A DNA stretch of 63,717 bases, counting the filler, from Reticulomyxa filosa (lineage: Eukaryota > Protista > Foraminifera), in the NCBI GenBank assembly GCA_000512085.1. It is 20 parts of 20 records of this genome, joined end to end, with 100 filler letters (N's around TTAATTAATTAA, not from the genome) between each part and the next. Parts side by side here need not be neighbours in the genome. Positions count along the whole stretch, not along the records: positions 54,214 to 61,124 come from ASPP01007045.1; positions 61,225 to 62,546 come from ASPP01030141.1; positions 62,647 to 63,717 come from ASPP01015060.1; 17 more parts are not named here. One strand, 5' to 3'. Positions 54,300-63,717 of the stretch are shown in pieces. A program made the translations under genes and the position numbers. Numbering within the stretch: position 1 is the first letter of the stretch; the number at the start of each line of letters is the position of its first letter. The notes beneath the pieces were generated by a model. It was not told the origin of the DNA. It worked only from the letters and a program-made list of their open reading frames with translations, and did no database searches.

Positions 54300-56573
54300 T
54301 ATTGCGTATGGGGATAAAAGACAAAAAACGAAAAAAGAGTGGCTGGAAGAAGACGATAGTGCAAAAAACGTATTGAAGGATTTTTTGGTTCGGTACTGTC
54401 GATTGCAAGGAATGTTGTATTCGCGTGTAGGAATGGAAAAGTTTGAGTTTTTGACAGCGCAGTGTATGATGGATTTCCAGTTGTTGATGGAAGATGAATT
54501 CATAACACCCCGCTTGGCCGTGCAAATGATCACTTATTTGATTTTCGTTATCTTTCACTCGTATAATGCCTTCCTTCGAGAAATGTTTTGTAATTGTATT
54601 GTATGAATTTATCCCTCCTTTCTTTTTATTCAATTTTAATTTTGCTCTTTTTTTTTTTTTTTTTTGTTTTGTTTATTCCGATGAATTCACAGACAGCAAA
54701 AACTGCAAGACGAGGCGTCGAAAAAATCCGCGTCGGCTGTTCCAAAAACGGCAGCCATATTGGGACTACTACAGTCACAAGCGAACAGCAATGGAAATGG
54801 ACATGGACAAAGCAAGACAGCATCAGTGTCTGCGGGTAAACTGCGAAAGGAACATCCGTTTGGAACATTTGCAAATGTCGGTACTGTCGGTCGAAAGGCT
54901 TTGGATCTGATGCTTGACATCACAGGGTATTTGCTGCAGGAAATGTCGCAAAGCTTGGATCATTTGCCATTTTTAAGTTGCGTGGCTGTGGTGTGCAGTT
55001 GGTTGGCCAAATATCCGTCTTTGGTTCGAGACAACCCGTCCGAAAGTGCCAAATTTTTCTGCCATCGACTAGTCCAAATGGCCAATATCATCGTGTTTTA
55101 CTCGTATATCGGCTTTGCCACTTCTCCCACCGTACTGGTCGCTTCCGACGATTTCGAAAAGCACGAAACGAAAGATCAAAGAAATGGCAACGCTGCCGAG
55201 GCGGACTTGTTTGGGAACAAGTTTGATAAGGAAAGTGCCGTGGGTGTGCTCAATGACCTGAAAGGCTTTAGCTATATTGAGAGACTGTCCAAATTCCATG
55301 ATTGGTTATACAAAAACAAGTACTGTGGCAATGCCAATGGAAACTCGTCGCAAGAGCAAGTGTCAAACATTTTACCATGGCTGTTGGACAAGATGTTGAG
55401 TAGCGCCGGCATATTGTTGGATAGAGACCCAGTCAAAGAGACCTCATTTACTATGCCGAAATTGCCTGGTGAGATGCTTTTGAAGACATCACTCACCAAT
55501 GGCTTCACTGAAGTAACCACGAAGCAACAGTCCATAATTTGGAAAGACAAGGCAGACAGTCCAGTAAGGTATGATAGTATTCCTGAACAACACTACATAC
55601 ACATACACACACACACACATACACATACATTTGTTTACTTCATGTGAAATTGATGAGAATGACAATTTTGTAAAGGTAATGGAGGGGACACTACGTATAC
55701 GTATATATACATATATATATGCACACATACATAGAAAATTAGCAAATCCTTATGAAAGAAAAAATGGTGTTATGCAGTAAACAATGACGTGTTTCTCAAA
55801 GCATTCCCTGGAACGGAAATGACAAGTGAGCGCAAAGGCAAATACCCATCAGCTCGTTCTGAGCACACACCATATTTGTACTCAATTGATTCTCCTCCTC
55901 CCAATACCACGATAGTGATTGATGGACCAAATGTCGCCATGGCTTGTGGTGAACATTCCGAGTTTAAAGTGGAGGGCATCATGCAAGCTATCGAGCATTT
56001 TCGGTCTAAGCATTGCCGAACGATTGTCTTGATGCCTGCGTTTTATTTGGAATATGACAACAATCAAAAACCAAAAAAAAATGGTGCAGACACGCAGGCT
56101 TCACGAAAGCCAGATAATGTGTTGTTGTTAAACCAATTGAAAGAAAAAAAGTTGTTGTTCACGACTCCCAGTGGAGATTATGATGATTCTTATGCCATTG
56201 AATTTGCGAAAAAATTGGAACATGGATATATTTTAAGCAATGATAGATATCGAGACGCGGTTTTTAAAAAGTGGCAGTGCTATGAGTGCTCGGAAGCCAA
56301 TGAACCACGCGAGCAATTTTGCAAGTGCTGCCATGCTCGGCGTCCTAAAGTTATATCCAAAAAAACATATTTTTTTTTTTTTTTGTCAAACATCACACAC
56401 TTGTCAATGTTGTAATACTTGTATCAATCTAGTTGTCGTACCAAGAACTGACAAGAATTAAAAAGCATAGGCGTGATTTGCGACTATGGCTACGCAATCA
56501 CTTGATTACTTATGCATTTGTCGACAGGCGTTTGATTCCTAATCCTGATTTCACATTCAAAATCAAGATGTGA
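54300..56573 (+). CDS. SMG6-like (EST1 helical domain plus ZC3H12/NYN RNase) with an inserted RanBP2-type zinc finger, 5'-truncated
   Basis: FLVRYCRLQGMLYSRVGMEKF...FQLLM...VQMITYLIF resembles the SMG6/EST1 helical region. NYN motifs IVIDGPNVA, TPSGDYDDSY and ILSNDRYRD; then WQCYECSEANEPREQFCKCC; then, after an intron, WLRNHLITYAFVDRRLIPNPDF..* (TGA 56571-56573). Confidence 0.82.
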
Positions 56574-57838
56574 AAACAAAAAACAATATTAACTTTCTAA
56601 ACCATCATCAAAAAAAAACAAAAACGAAGCAAGAAAAAACAACAACAACGAAGAAAGAAGAAGAATGAAATGAACAAACGCTCATAAAAGAAAAGGAAAG
56701 GCGAGAGGGAAAGGGAAAAAAACAATCCCTCGTCGCTTTTTCTTTTTTTTTTCTCCCCTCTTCCCTCTGAGCCGGGTTTGTTCACTGTCGTGCGCTTCGT
56801 CACTCTGAATGTGTCCTTTTGACTTGTATTTGCCATCTTTTTTGTGATTCTTGTTGCTTGTCTAAGGATCCAAACCTTGTATGCCCTAATTCATTGATTT
56901 GTTGAAGTTGCCGTCGAAATGGTATGCAAGGAACGGATTTTTCGCAATGAGATGTTATACCCTTTACCATCAACACCGAAGCCTTACACTTGTGTCAATG
57001 CGAGAAGGAATTTAATTTACAGGACAAAGTCGAAAACAAGTGCAAAATCAAGATGAGAATTCCATGATATTGATGGTTCAAATGAGCAGAAGATGAAAAA
57101 GTCCTCAAAAAACAAAATTGGCTCCTTTTGTGTGGTCTATTTGCTCACAAAGATTTGAGAAGCTGATTTTCTTTTTTTTGCAAAGTGATGTGGAAGGGGA
57201 AGATGAAGAAGGAGGAAAAAAATGGCTAAAAAGCCCTGCGTGCAATTGAGAATTTTTTTTTGTTGACAGTTTGTGCACCTTTTTTTTCTTTTTTGCTACG
57301 GTGCGTTTTTTTTTAAGCCAAATTTTTTTACATTTGGCTGAGTCTGAAACCGTGCATTGAAATCTACATCATTTTTTTATTAAACCACAAAATCATTCAT
57401 AACTAACAGGACACTCTTGTTACTTTTATAGCTTAGTCGCTGAAAGAAACTTAACGTGTCTAAAGTTTTACTATTAACTTTACTTTCGAATCTTTTATAA
57501 TTTTTATTGAGAAAGGACCAGCTTGTTATCAGATGGTAGCCCGTGCAAAAATTGTTGCAAGTTTTTGTTTTATTAACATTTTGCTCACACTTGTTTAATA
57601 ATGAAATAGGAACTTTACATGCAGAGATATATATTTGGAGAAAAAGGCACATTAATTAAAGAACAATATTAACCAGTAGTTTCAAATACTATTCCCCAAA
57701 TCTATCATTATTTCCAATAAGATGCAATACGGAGTACCCTAAGAACGTTGAGGTCGTTGGAAGTCCTGACTGATTTTGCTTGCGATCATTCGTCCAGTTC
57801 ATTTTGCTATTTTTTTTTGTGTATGTCTGTCTATTCAG

Positions 57839-60148
57839 TTATTCGGGGAAACTATTGCGTGAGACAAACCTGTTGACAGGCAATGGTCCCAGAGGTCTCA
57901 GAAATTTCATTTGTAAGGTTCCACTGTTTACTAGTAACGAGGATTGTATTTGATTATTCTGATTATAGCTATTTCCTGATTGATCTCCGTTTTTTGTCGT
58001 CTTAATTAATTGTTCTTTGTTGCTCTCATTCGTGTTTGTCGATTGATTGGACTGTTTTGAGGGAATTATTTCATTCTTGGTTTGCTCATTGTTATTTTTA
58101 GTATCAAAAATAACGTTTGCAAGTGGTTTATCTCGATCCAATTCTGGTATATAAGAAGGAAGGGTAGGATTTTTCCTTCGAAATTCTAAAATTTCATTTT
58201 TCCTCCTTGTGAATGCCTCATCCTGATAATCGGGCATCACATATTCTTTGGCACATTTGGAAACTTTTTGTAGCGACGGTTCACCCAACGTTAACACCAA
58301 GTGAGTGTTTTGAAAATCAACCGTCTGTCATTTAAAAAATACGTATTTACACAAACATACGCAAAAAAAAAGTATAAGACATTTTTAATAACCCTTTTTC
58401 ATTCAAAACTGTCCATCCGTGGTCCGATTCCAAATGTTTTTTGAGTTGTCCATACAATGTGAAGCAAAATTCAGTCTTTCCATATTTTTTGCAAATATCG
58501 CATTTGTAATTGTAGCCTCCGTGTGCGGTTAAAACATGACTGTTCAAAGTTATTTTATTCAGATATTCACTGTCACAAACTTGACATAAAAACATTCCAG
58601 AATTGGAGTCTATTGTGACACATGATTCATCCACTTGCGTAACTTCTGTTTGTTTTTTTGATATTAGAGATACTTTTTGTTATTGCAAACATAAAGATGC
58701 AATTTTTGGTAATATGAGGACTTAATCAAATAACTTTTCTGTCTTTTTTCTTGTTTGTTTGTTTTGGTATTGCCACCAGTCTTTTTTTCATCATGGCCAT
58801 TGTGAATGGTCTTACTAGTTTTTGGTTTCTTTTTTTTCTCTTTTTTACTTTTGTTGTTGTCATTATTTTTATTTTGTTTTTTTTTTGTGGAATTGGTTGT
58901 TTTTTTTTTGCTATTTTTTTTTTTCTTAGTTCGATTGTTATCACTATCTATTCCAGTCATACGCTGATCTTCTCCGCTTTTATTATCCGTTGTATTGTTA
59001 TGTTGTGCTTTTTTTTTTGGTTTCTTTTTTTTTGTCGGCATGTCGGCATCAGTGTCGCTTTTCTTATTTGTCATTTTAAATCCAAATTGTTCTTTTTGTC
59101 CGTTGGAATTGTTGTGGCTGTGCCACGTTGATGTCTGCATTTCCATTGATTTACCATTCAAATTTGTATCGCGCATAGGGGAGTCTCCATCATTATCGTG
59201 CATCGGAATGTCGTTACTGCTTTCAAAGATTGATTTGTCGAGTGTGTTCGTCGGCCATAGACGACTTGACATCACTCCCGTAGCATTATAGCTATTCGTC
59301 GAAGCCAGCAAGACCTTTGATAAATCACTTGGTGTTATTTCATCATCTTCGACAATTTCCAAACTGAGTCCATATTGTTGAATTTGTGTTGACACCCATT
59401 CATGTAAGCGATTCACTTAAAAAAAAAAAAGCATAGGTTGATAACAAAACATATCACTTTTTTTTTTTTTTTTTTTGAGGGGACATTTAAAAGAAATTTT
59501 CTTTTTTTTTTTATTCGCAATTGCGTACACTTTAAAAAAAAAAAGTTTTTTTTTTTGATTGGATAAACTATTGGTTCGGAAGATGTTCCCATTTGTAAAT
59601 AGGATTCAATTTGTGCCAATGGTACGTTGGCTTCTTCCGCAACGATTTCCAAAGTGTTTCTTAAATTTCGATGCCAAATGATTTCGTGAACGCACTCAAT
59701 CAATTGCTTTTGCATGTCTTGGTATTCTATGCAATTTTATTGCCAAAGGTGTTGCTTTTGCTGATTGGTCCAATATTCTCAACAGAATTGATGTGTTACT
59801 CACCTCACAATTTTTTATTTGTTTAAATTTTTTTTTTGGAACAGAATTTCAATACAACATACTTGAAGGGATAGTGTGAGTGTGAGGGGGAGCGACCCTT
59901 TCTGGGGCTATCATTGTATCCCAGCAATGTGATAAGCCCCAAAAATGGCAATGGACATGTCTTTCTGGAACGACTTCAATAACCACAGCTTCGAACCAAT
60001 CACCATCGTCATCTCTAATGTCAATGCGGGCGCCTTTCCGCAAATCTGTTTTTTTTTACGTGCTCAGACGTTCAACATTTAAATAAATTTTAAAAAAATG
60101 GTCAATTGAAAAAACTAACTGACTTCGAACGAATTCCAAAGAGGACAT
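57839..60148 (-). CDS. Putative chromatin/transcription protein: Tudor/Agenet/MBT-like barrel, basic low-complexity region, two C2H2 zinc fingers
   Basis: Spliced start MSSLEFVR|NLRKGARIDIRDDDGDWFEAVVIEV..HVHCHFWGLSHCWDTMI..RVAP; fingers FLCQVCDSEYLNKITLNSHVLTAH and YKCDICKK...QLKKHLESDH. The exons are collinear on one contig. Confidence 0.7.
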
Positions 60149-60500
60149 GTTCAAAACAAGGATATTCCTTCCGCAATCTACCTGTTAATACCCTTTTTTT
60201 AATTTTAAATTTTTTCTTTTTTTTTACGGAGAAGAGGGGAAAGACAGCCCCCTTGTTCGATTGTATTTTGAAACCAAGCAGCTAACAAACGCTACAAAAT
60301 TTAAACGCTTTTTAAACTTGTCCTAAGTGTGAAATGATCTCCGAGGTAATTGTGATAGTGTTGAAAGCATAATATCAGAGTTTTGCTATTGAGCACGTTT
60401 CAACAAAAACTAGAGTAAATTAAGCAGGAAACAATTACAAATTTTTTGACAAAACACTGTAAGACAATAAAAGAATTTCAAAAATTTGATCTTTTAAAAG

Positions 60501-60900
60501 TTATTTTGGAACTGTTAGAAAGAGTTCCGTGTCTCCATCTTTGGAAGAAAGAAGCTTTTGTAGATGTTCAATCCACATTTCTCGGCTCACGTTGTTTTTA
60601 GCTTTCAAAAACCATTTGTCGCTGATAGTTGCAACAACAAATATTCCTAATTTGTCAATTGATGCTTGGGGGATTTCTTCTTGTCTGTCGAGAGGGGAAA
60701 ATGACACTGTTGACAACACGTCCTCCAGCCTCAAAACACTGACAACGCTGCTTGTGGGACATTGAAATACTGGTGAATCATTGCTAATTTCAGCATGTAA
60801 TTGTGTTGGAAAGGCAAGCAATTCAGTCTTAGTCAAAACAAACCAGTATTTGATCCATTCCTCTGGATCATATGAAAATGTCAAAAAACTTAAAGGGACA
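60501..60900 (-). CDS. PH-domain protein, last exon
   Basis: WIKYWFVLTKTELLAF...IFVVATISDKWFLKAKNNVSREMWIEHLQKLL, with the conserved C-terminal helix Trp. Confidence 0.8.
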
Positions 60901-61224
60901 TGGCATATCTCGAGTTCTGTTCTTAAAATTGCCGCTGATCCAAAGTAATTTTGAAACGCACTGTGTAATCATTTTAAAATAATTTGTAAAATTTAAAAAA
61001 TACAATTGCACTTTCACAGAATGGAGAACAAAACTCGGATAATGAGCTAATGACATATTTAAACCCATAAGATTTCTTAACTGGCTATTTTTTTTTTTAA
61101 TTAGTGAAATGTACTAAAGATACCNNNNNNNNNNNNNNNNNNNNNNNNNNNNNNNNNNNNNNNNNNNNTTAATTAATTAANNNNNNNNNNNNNNNNNNNN
61201 NNNNNNNNNNNNNNNNNNNNNNNN

Positions 61225-61514
61225 ACGGCCAGCGGCTGCAGTTCGGCGTCGGTCTGCACGAGGACGCCGCGGTCGGCGCCCATGGCGAGCGCGGTGCGGA
61301 TCGTCTCCTGGCACTGGGCCGGTCCGGCGGAGAAGGCGATGATTTCGGTCGCAGCGCCCTTCTCTTTCATGCGGATCGCCTCTTCCACGGCGATCTCATC
61401 GAAGGGATTCATGGACATCTTGACGTTAGCCGTCTCGACACCCGTGTTGTCGGCCTTGACGCGGATCTTGACGTTGTAGTCGATGACCCGCTTGACCGCG
61501 ACCAGCACTTTCAT
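61225..61514 (-). CDS. etfB: Electron transfer flavoprotein beta subunit, 5' part (bacterial)
   Basis: [54 protein letters not shown]. The true start is the ATG at 61514, not 61619. Confidence 0.95.
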
Positions 61515-61669
61515 CGCGTTGCGCCTATCGGTGAGTTGCGGCCGGACTGACCCGTCCGGCGAAGGGGATTTCGTGTAGGGGTGTTCAGCCAACCATGTCA
61601 AGGCTATGGCGCACTGCACAAAATCGCAGGGTGAAAGATTTTTCGCCTATCTTTCAACAGCTTGGCCGT

Positions 61670-62270
61670 CTAGCGCGCGCCGCCGGGCACCCACAGCACA
61701 TCTGCCGCGCCGTTGTCGTTGAGCCTCCGGCCCAGCACGAACAGGTGGTCGGACAGGCGATTGATATATTTTATCGCCTCCGGATTGATCTCCTGCTCGG
61801 CCGCGAGGTGGGTCATGCAGCGCTCGGCGCGGCGCGTCACGGTCCGCGCGAGGTGCAACCATGAGGCGGCCTCGCTGTCCGCCGGGCAGGTATGAAGGAC
61901 TTGAGCGGTTGTCAGCTCGGCATTCATCGCATCGATCTCATGCTCCAGGCGCTCGACCTGCCGACGCTACCATGCGCAATGCCGGCTCGTCGCGCCTCGA
62001 CTTCCCCTCAGGCGTGCAGAGATCGGCACCGAGATCGAACAGGTCGTTCTGGATCCGCCCCAGCATCGCATCGGCTTCGGCGAGACGCGGATCGCTCGCA
62101 CCGGCGCGCGCGATGGCGCTGCGTGCGAGGCCGATCACCGAGTTCGCCTCGTCGGTCGTGCCATAGGCCTCGACGCGGATATCGTGCTTGGCGACGCGCT
62201 CGCCGCGTCCGAGCGACGTCTGCCCGGCATCGCCGCCGCGCGTATAGATACGGTTGAGGGTGACGGCCAT
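61670..62270 (-). CDS. ATP:cob(I)alamin adenosyltransferase, PduO/MMAB type (bacterial; apparent sequencing indels)
   Basis: LNRIYTRGGDAGQTSL, RVEAYGTTDEANS, IQNDLFDLGADL, LHLARTVTRRAER and YINRLSDHLFVLGR. The frame is broken at about 61880-61962. Confidence 0.93.
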
Positions 62271-62273
62271 CGC

Positions 62274-62486
62274 CTAGCTCCGGCTCGCGAAGTACCAGAG
62301 CAGGATCAGCACGACGGTGAGAAGCTGCAGGCGCACGCGCCACCACATCATGCGGTTGCTGCGGCGGCTGCCCTCGATGTTGCCGTCCTGGTTCCGGCTC
62401 ATGTTGATCAGGCCGGCGAACAGCGTGCCCAGCGTCGCGAACGCCGACACCAGCACGAGGACGAAAAGAACGTTGGCGAGGGTCAT
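62274..62486 (-). CDS. Twin-transmembrane-helix small protein (HIG1 family)
   Basis: Two hydrophobic helices with SNRMMWWRVRLQ. The order HIG1 - adenosyltransferase - etfB is typical of Alphaproteobacteria. Confidence 0.85.
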   Translation of the reverse strand: MTLANVLFVLVLVSAFATLGTLFAGLINMSRNQDGNIEGSRRSNRMMWWRVRLQLLTVVLILLWYFASRS

Positions 62487-62646
62487 GGGCTTTTATCCCG
62501 CATTGTGCCGGCCGGCGCCAGTACGGGCGCCCGCCCAGGGCCGCGCNNNNNNNNNNNNNNNNNNNNNNNNNNNNNNNNNNNNNNNNNNNNTTAATTAATT
62601 AANNNNNNNNNNNNNNNNNNNNNNNNNNNNNNNNNNNNNNNNNNNN

Positions 62647-63347
62647 CCGTACTGCTGGACGTAGGAGTCGAAGGCGCGCGGCTTCTGTTCGCCGAACTTC
62701 TTGAAGTAGTCCATGCCGAGGATCGGCAGCAGCATGTACCAGACGCCGTGCTGCAGGCCCGAGTTGGACACCTTGACGTTGATGCTGTCCTTCCACTTCG
62801 GATCGAGCAGGTCTTCCCATTTCTTGGGCGCCTCGGCGGCCGACACCTGCTTGGGATTATAGGCGATGCCGGCCATGATGACCGAGCCCCAGGTCCAGAA
62901 CCCTTCCGGCTGGCTCTTGGCTTCCTTTGGGAAGAACTGCATCTCGGGCGAGACGTACTGGCGGAAGCCGCCCTTGCGCTGGAAATCCAGGATCATGCCC
63001 ATGTCGGAGATCTGGATGACGTCGACCAGATAGGACTTGGCCTGGCGCTCCGACAGAACCTTGGCGTAGAGCGCGCCCGCCTGCAGGCGGACGTAGCTGG
63101 TCTTGATTTCGGGGAACAGCTTGTTGAAGGCGGCCAGCAGCTTGACCTGGCCTTGCTCCGGATCGGTCGAGTAGAGCGTGAAGGCGCCTTCGGCCTTGGC
63201 CTTGGCGATGTCGGCGCAGGTCTTGAAGCCCTCCATCTGCTGGGGCTTGTCGCACACCTTGGCCCCGGCGTTGGACTGGGCATTGGCCGGGGATGCAGCC
63301 AAAGCGATAGCGCAGAGAGCCGCGGATGCGGCAGCGAACAGCTTCAT
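62647..63347 (-). CDS. ABC transporter extracellular solute-binding protein (Fe/thiamine/polyamine-like class), 3'-truncated
   Basis: Signal peptide MKLFAAASAALCAIALAASPANA, AKAEGAFTLYS and IAYNPKQV..APKKWEDLLDPKWK. A GGAGG ribosome-binding site lies just upstream of the ATG. Confidence 0.88.
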
Positions 63348-63415
63348 TGTTTCCTCCGGTTGCTCTTATTTGCAGCGAGCGTACCGACCGCTGCCCGGAG
63401 GTTCAATTGCTCGAT

Positions 63416-63717
63416 TCAGTCGTCGCCCTGATACGCTGACGCTACCGTCACGTATCCCGCTGCGATGTCTGCCGCGAGCGCGGTCGCGGAGCGCAGCTTC
63501 GGATCGCCGTGTCCGCCCCCGCCGGGTGTGCCCAACGAGACGGTGTCGCCCTTGTTCAGCACATACTGCTTCTTGGGATCGGTCTTCTCGCCGTTGATGC
63601 GCAGCTCGCCCGGCGCACCGTCCTTGCCGCCCTCGATGCCGAAGGCGGGAAAGATCGTGCGTTCGGCGAGGAACGACACCGCGATCGGCGTCTCGCTGCG
63701 GCTCTCGATCAGGATCT
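63416..63717 (-). CDS. Hydantoinase B / 5-oxoprolinase family protein, C-terminus
   Basis: ERTIFPAFGIEGGKDGAPG...LNKGDTVSLGTPGGGGHGDP..R..LAADIAAGYVT. Confidence 0.88.
   Translation of the reverse strand, partial: ILIESRSETPIAVSFLAERTIFPAFGIEGGKDGAPGELRINGEKTDPKKQYVLNKGDTVSLGTPGGGGHGDPKLRSATALAADIAAGYVTVASAYQGDD

Noticed and set aside
61125-61300. Apparent bacterium-to-eukaryote horizontal transfer junction
   Set aside because: The GC switch coincides exactly with a spacer, so no physical linkage is shown.
61595-63597. Several long plus-strand ORFs in the GC-rich contigs
   Set aside because: Antisense shadows of well-recognised minus-strand genes, common in high-GC DNA.

Overview
This window is not one locus. 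It is about 20 short, unordered contig pieces joined by an artificial 100-nt spacer (N44-TTAATTAATTAA-N44), so adjacency across spacers has no biological meaning. Bases 1-61124 are AT-rich, intron-containing eukaryotic DNA. A polyubiquitin array with an extra residue at the monomer junctions (GG-A-MQ) points to Rhizaria, and the RING/TRAF, Kelch and WD40 families plus pseudogenes suggest a foraminiferan such as Reticulomyxa (inference). Recognisable genes are SMC2, an NVL/Rix7 AAA ATPase, an RNF213/mysterin-like AAA+ module, an SMG6-like protein with a ZC3H12/NYN nuclease, a PUB-RasGEF, an EF-hand Na/Ca exchanger, thioredoxin, two kinases, and PPR, SAP30-like, SH3, PH, ADIP-like and Tudor/C2H2 proteins. 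Two contigs begin inside the same probable Tc1/mariner terminal repeat. Bases 61225-63717 are two GC-rich, intronless alphaproteobacterial-type contigs (etfB, PduO-type adenosyltransferase, HIG1-type protein, ABC solute-binding protein, hydantoinase B), probably from a co-sequenced bacterium. The best leads are: (1) an SMG6-NYN nuclease with a RanBP2 zinc finger inserted in the nuclease domain; (2) introns whose 3' ends are A-rich rather than polypyrimidine and whose donors are often GTT; (3) a recurrent 'WIRxLxIKLGWI' module; (4) a PUB-RasGEF fusion; (5) the protist RNF213-like ATPase. No complete new multi-gene system can be demonstrated from this fragmented sequence.
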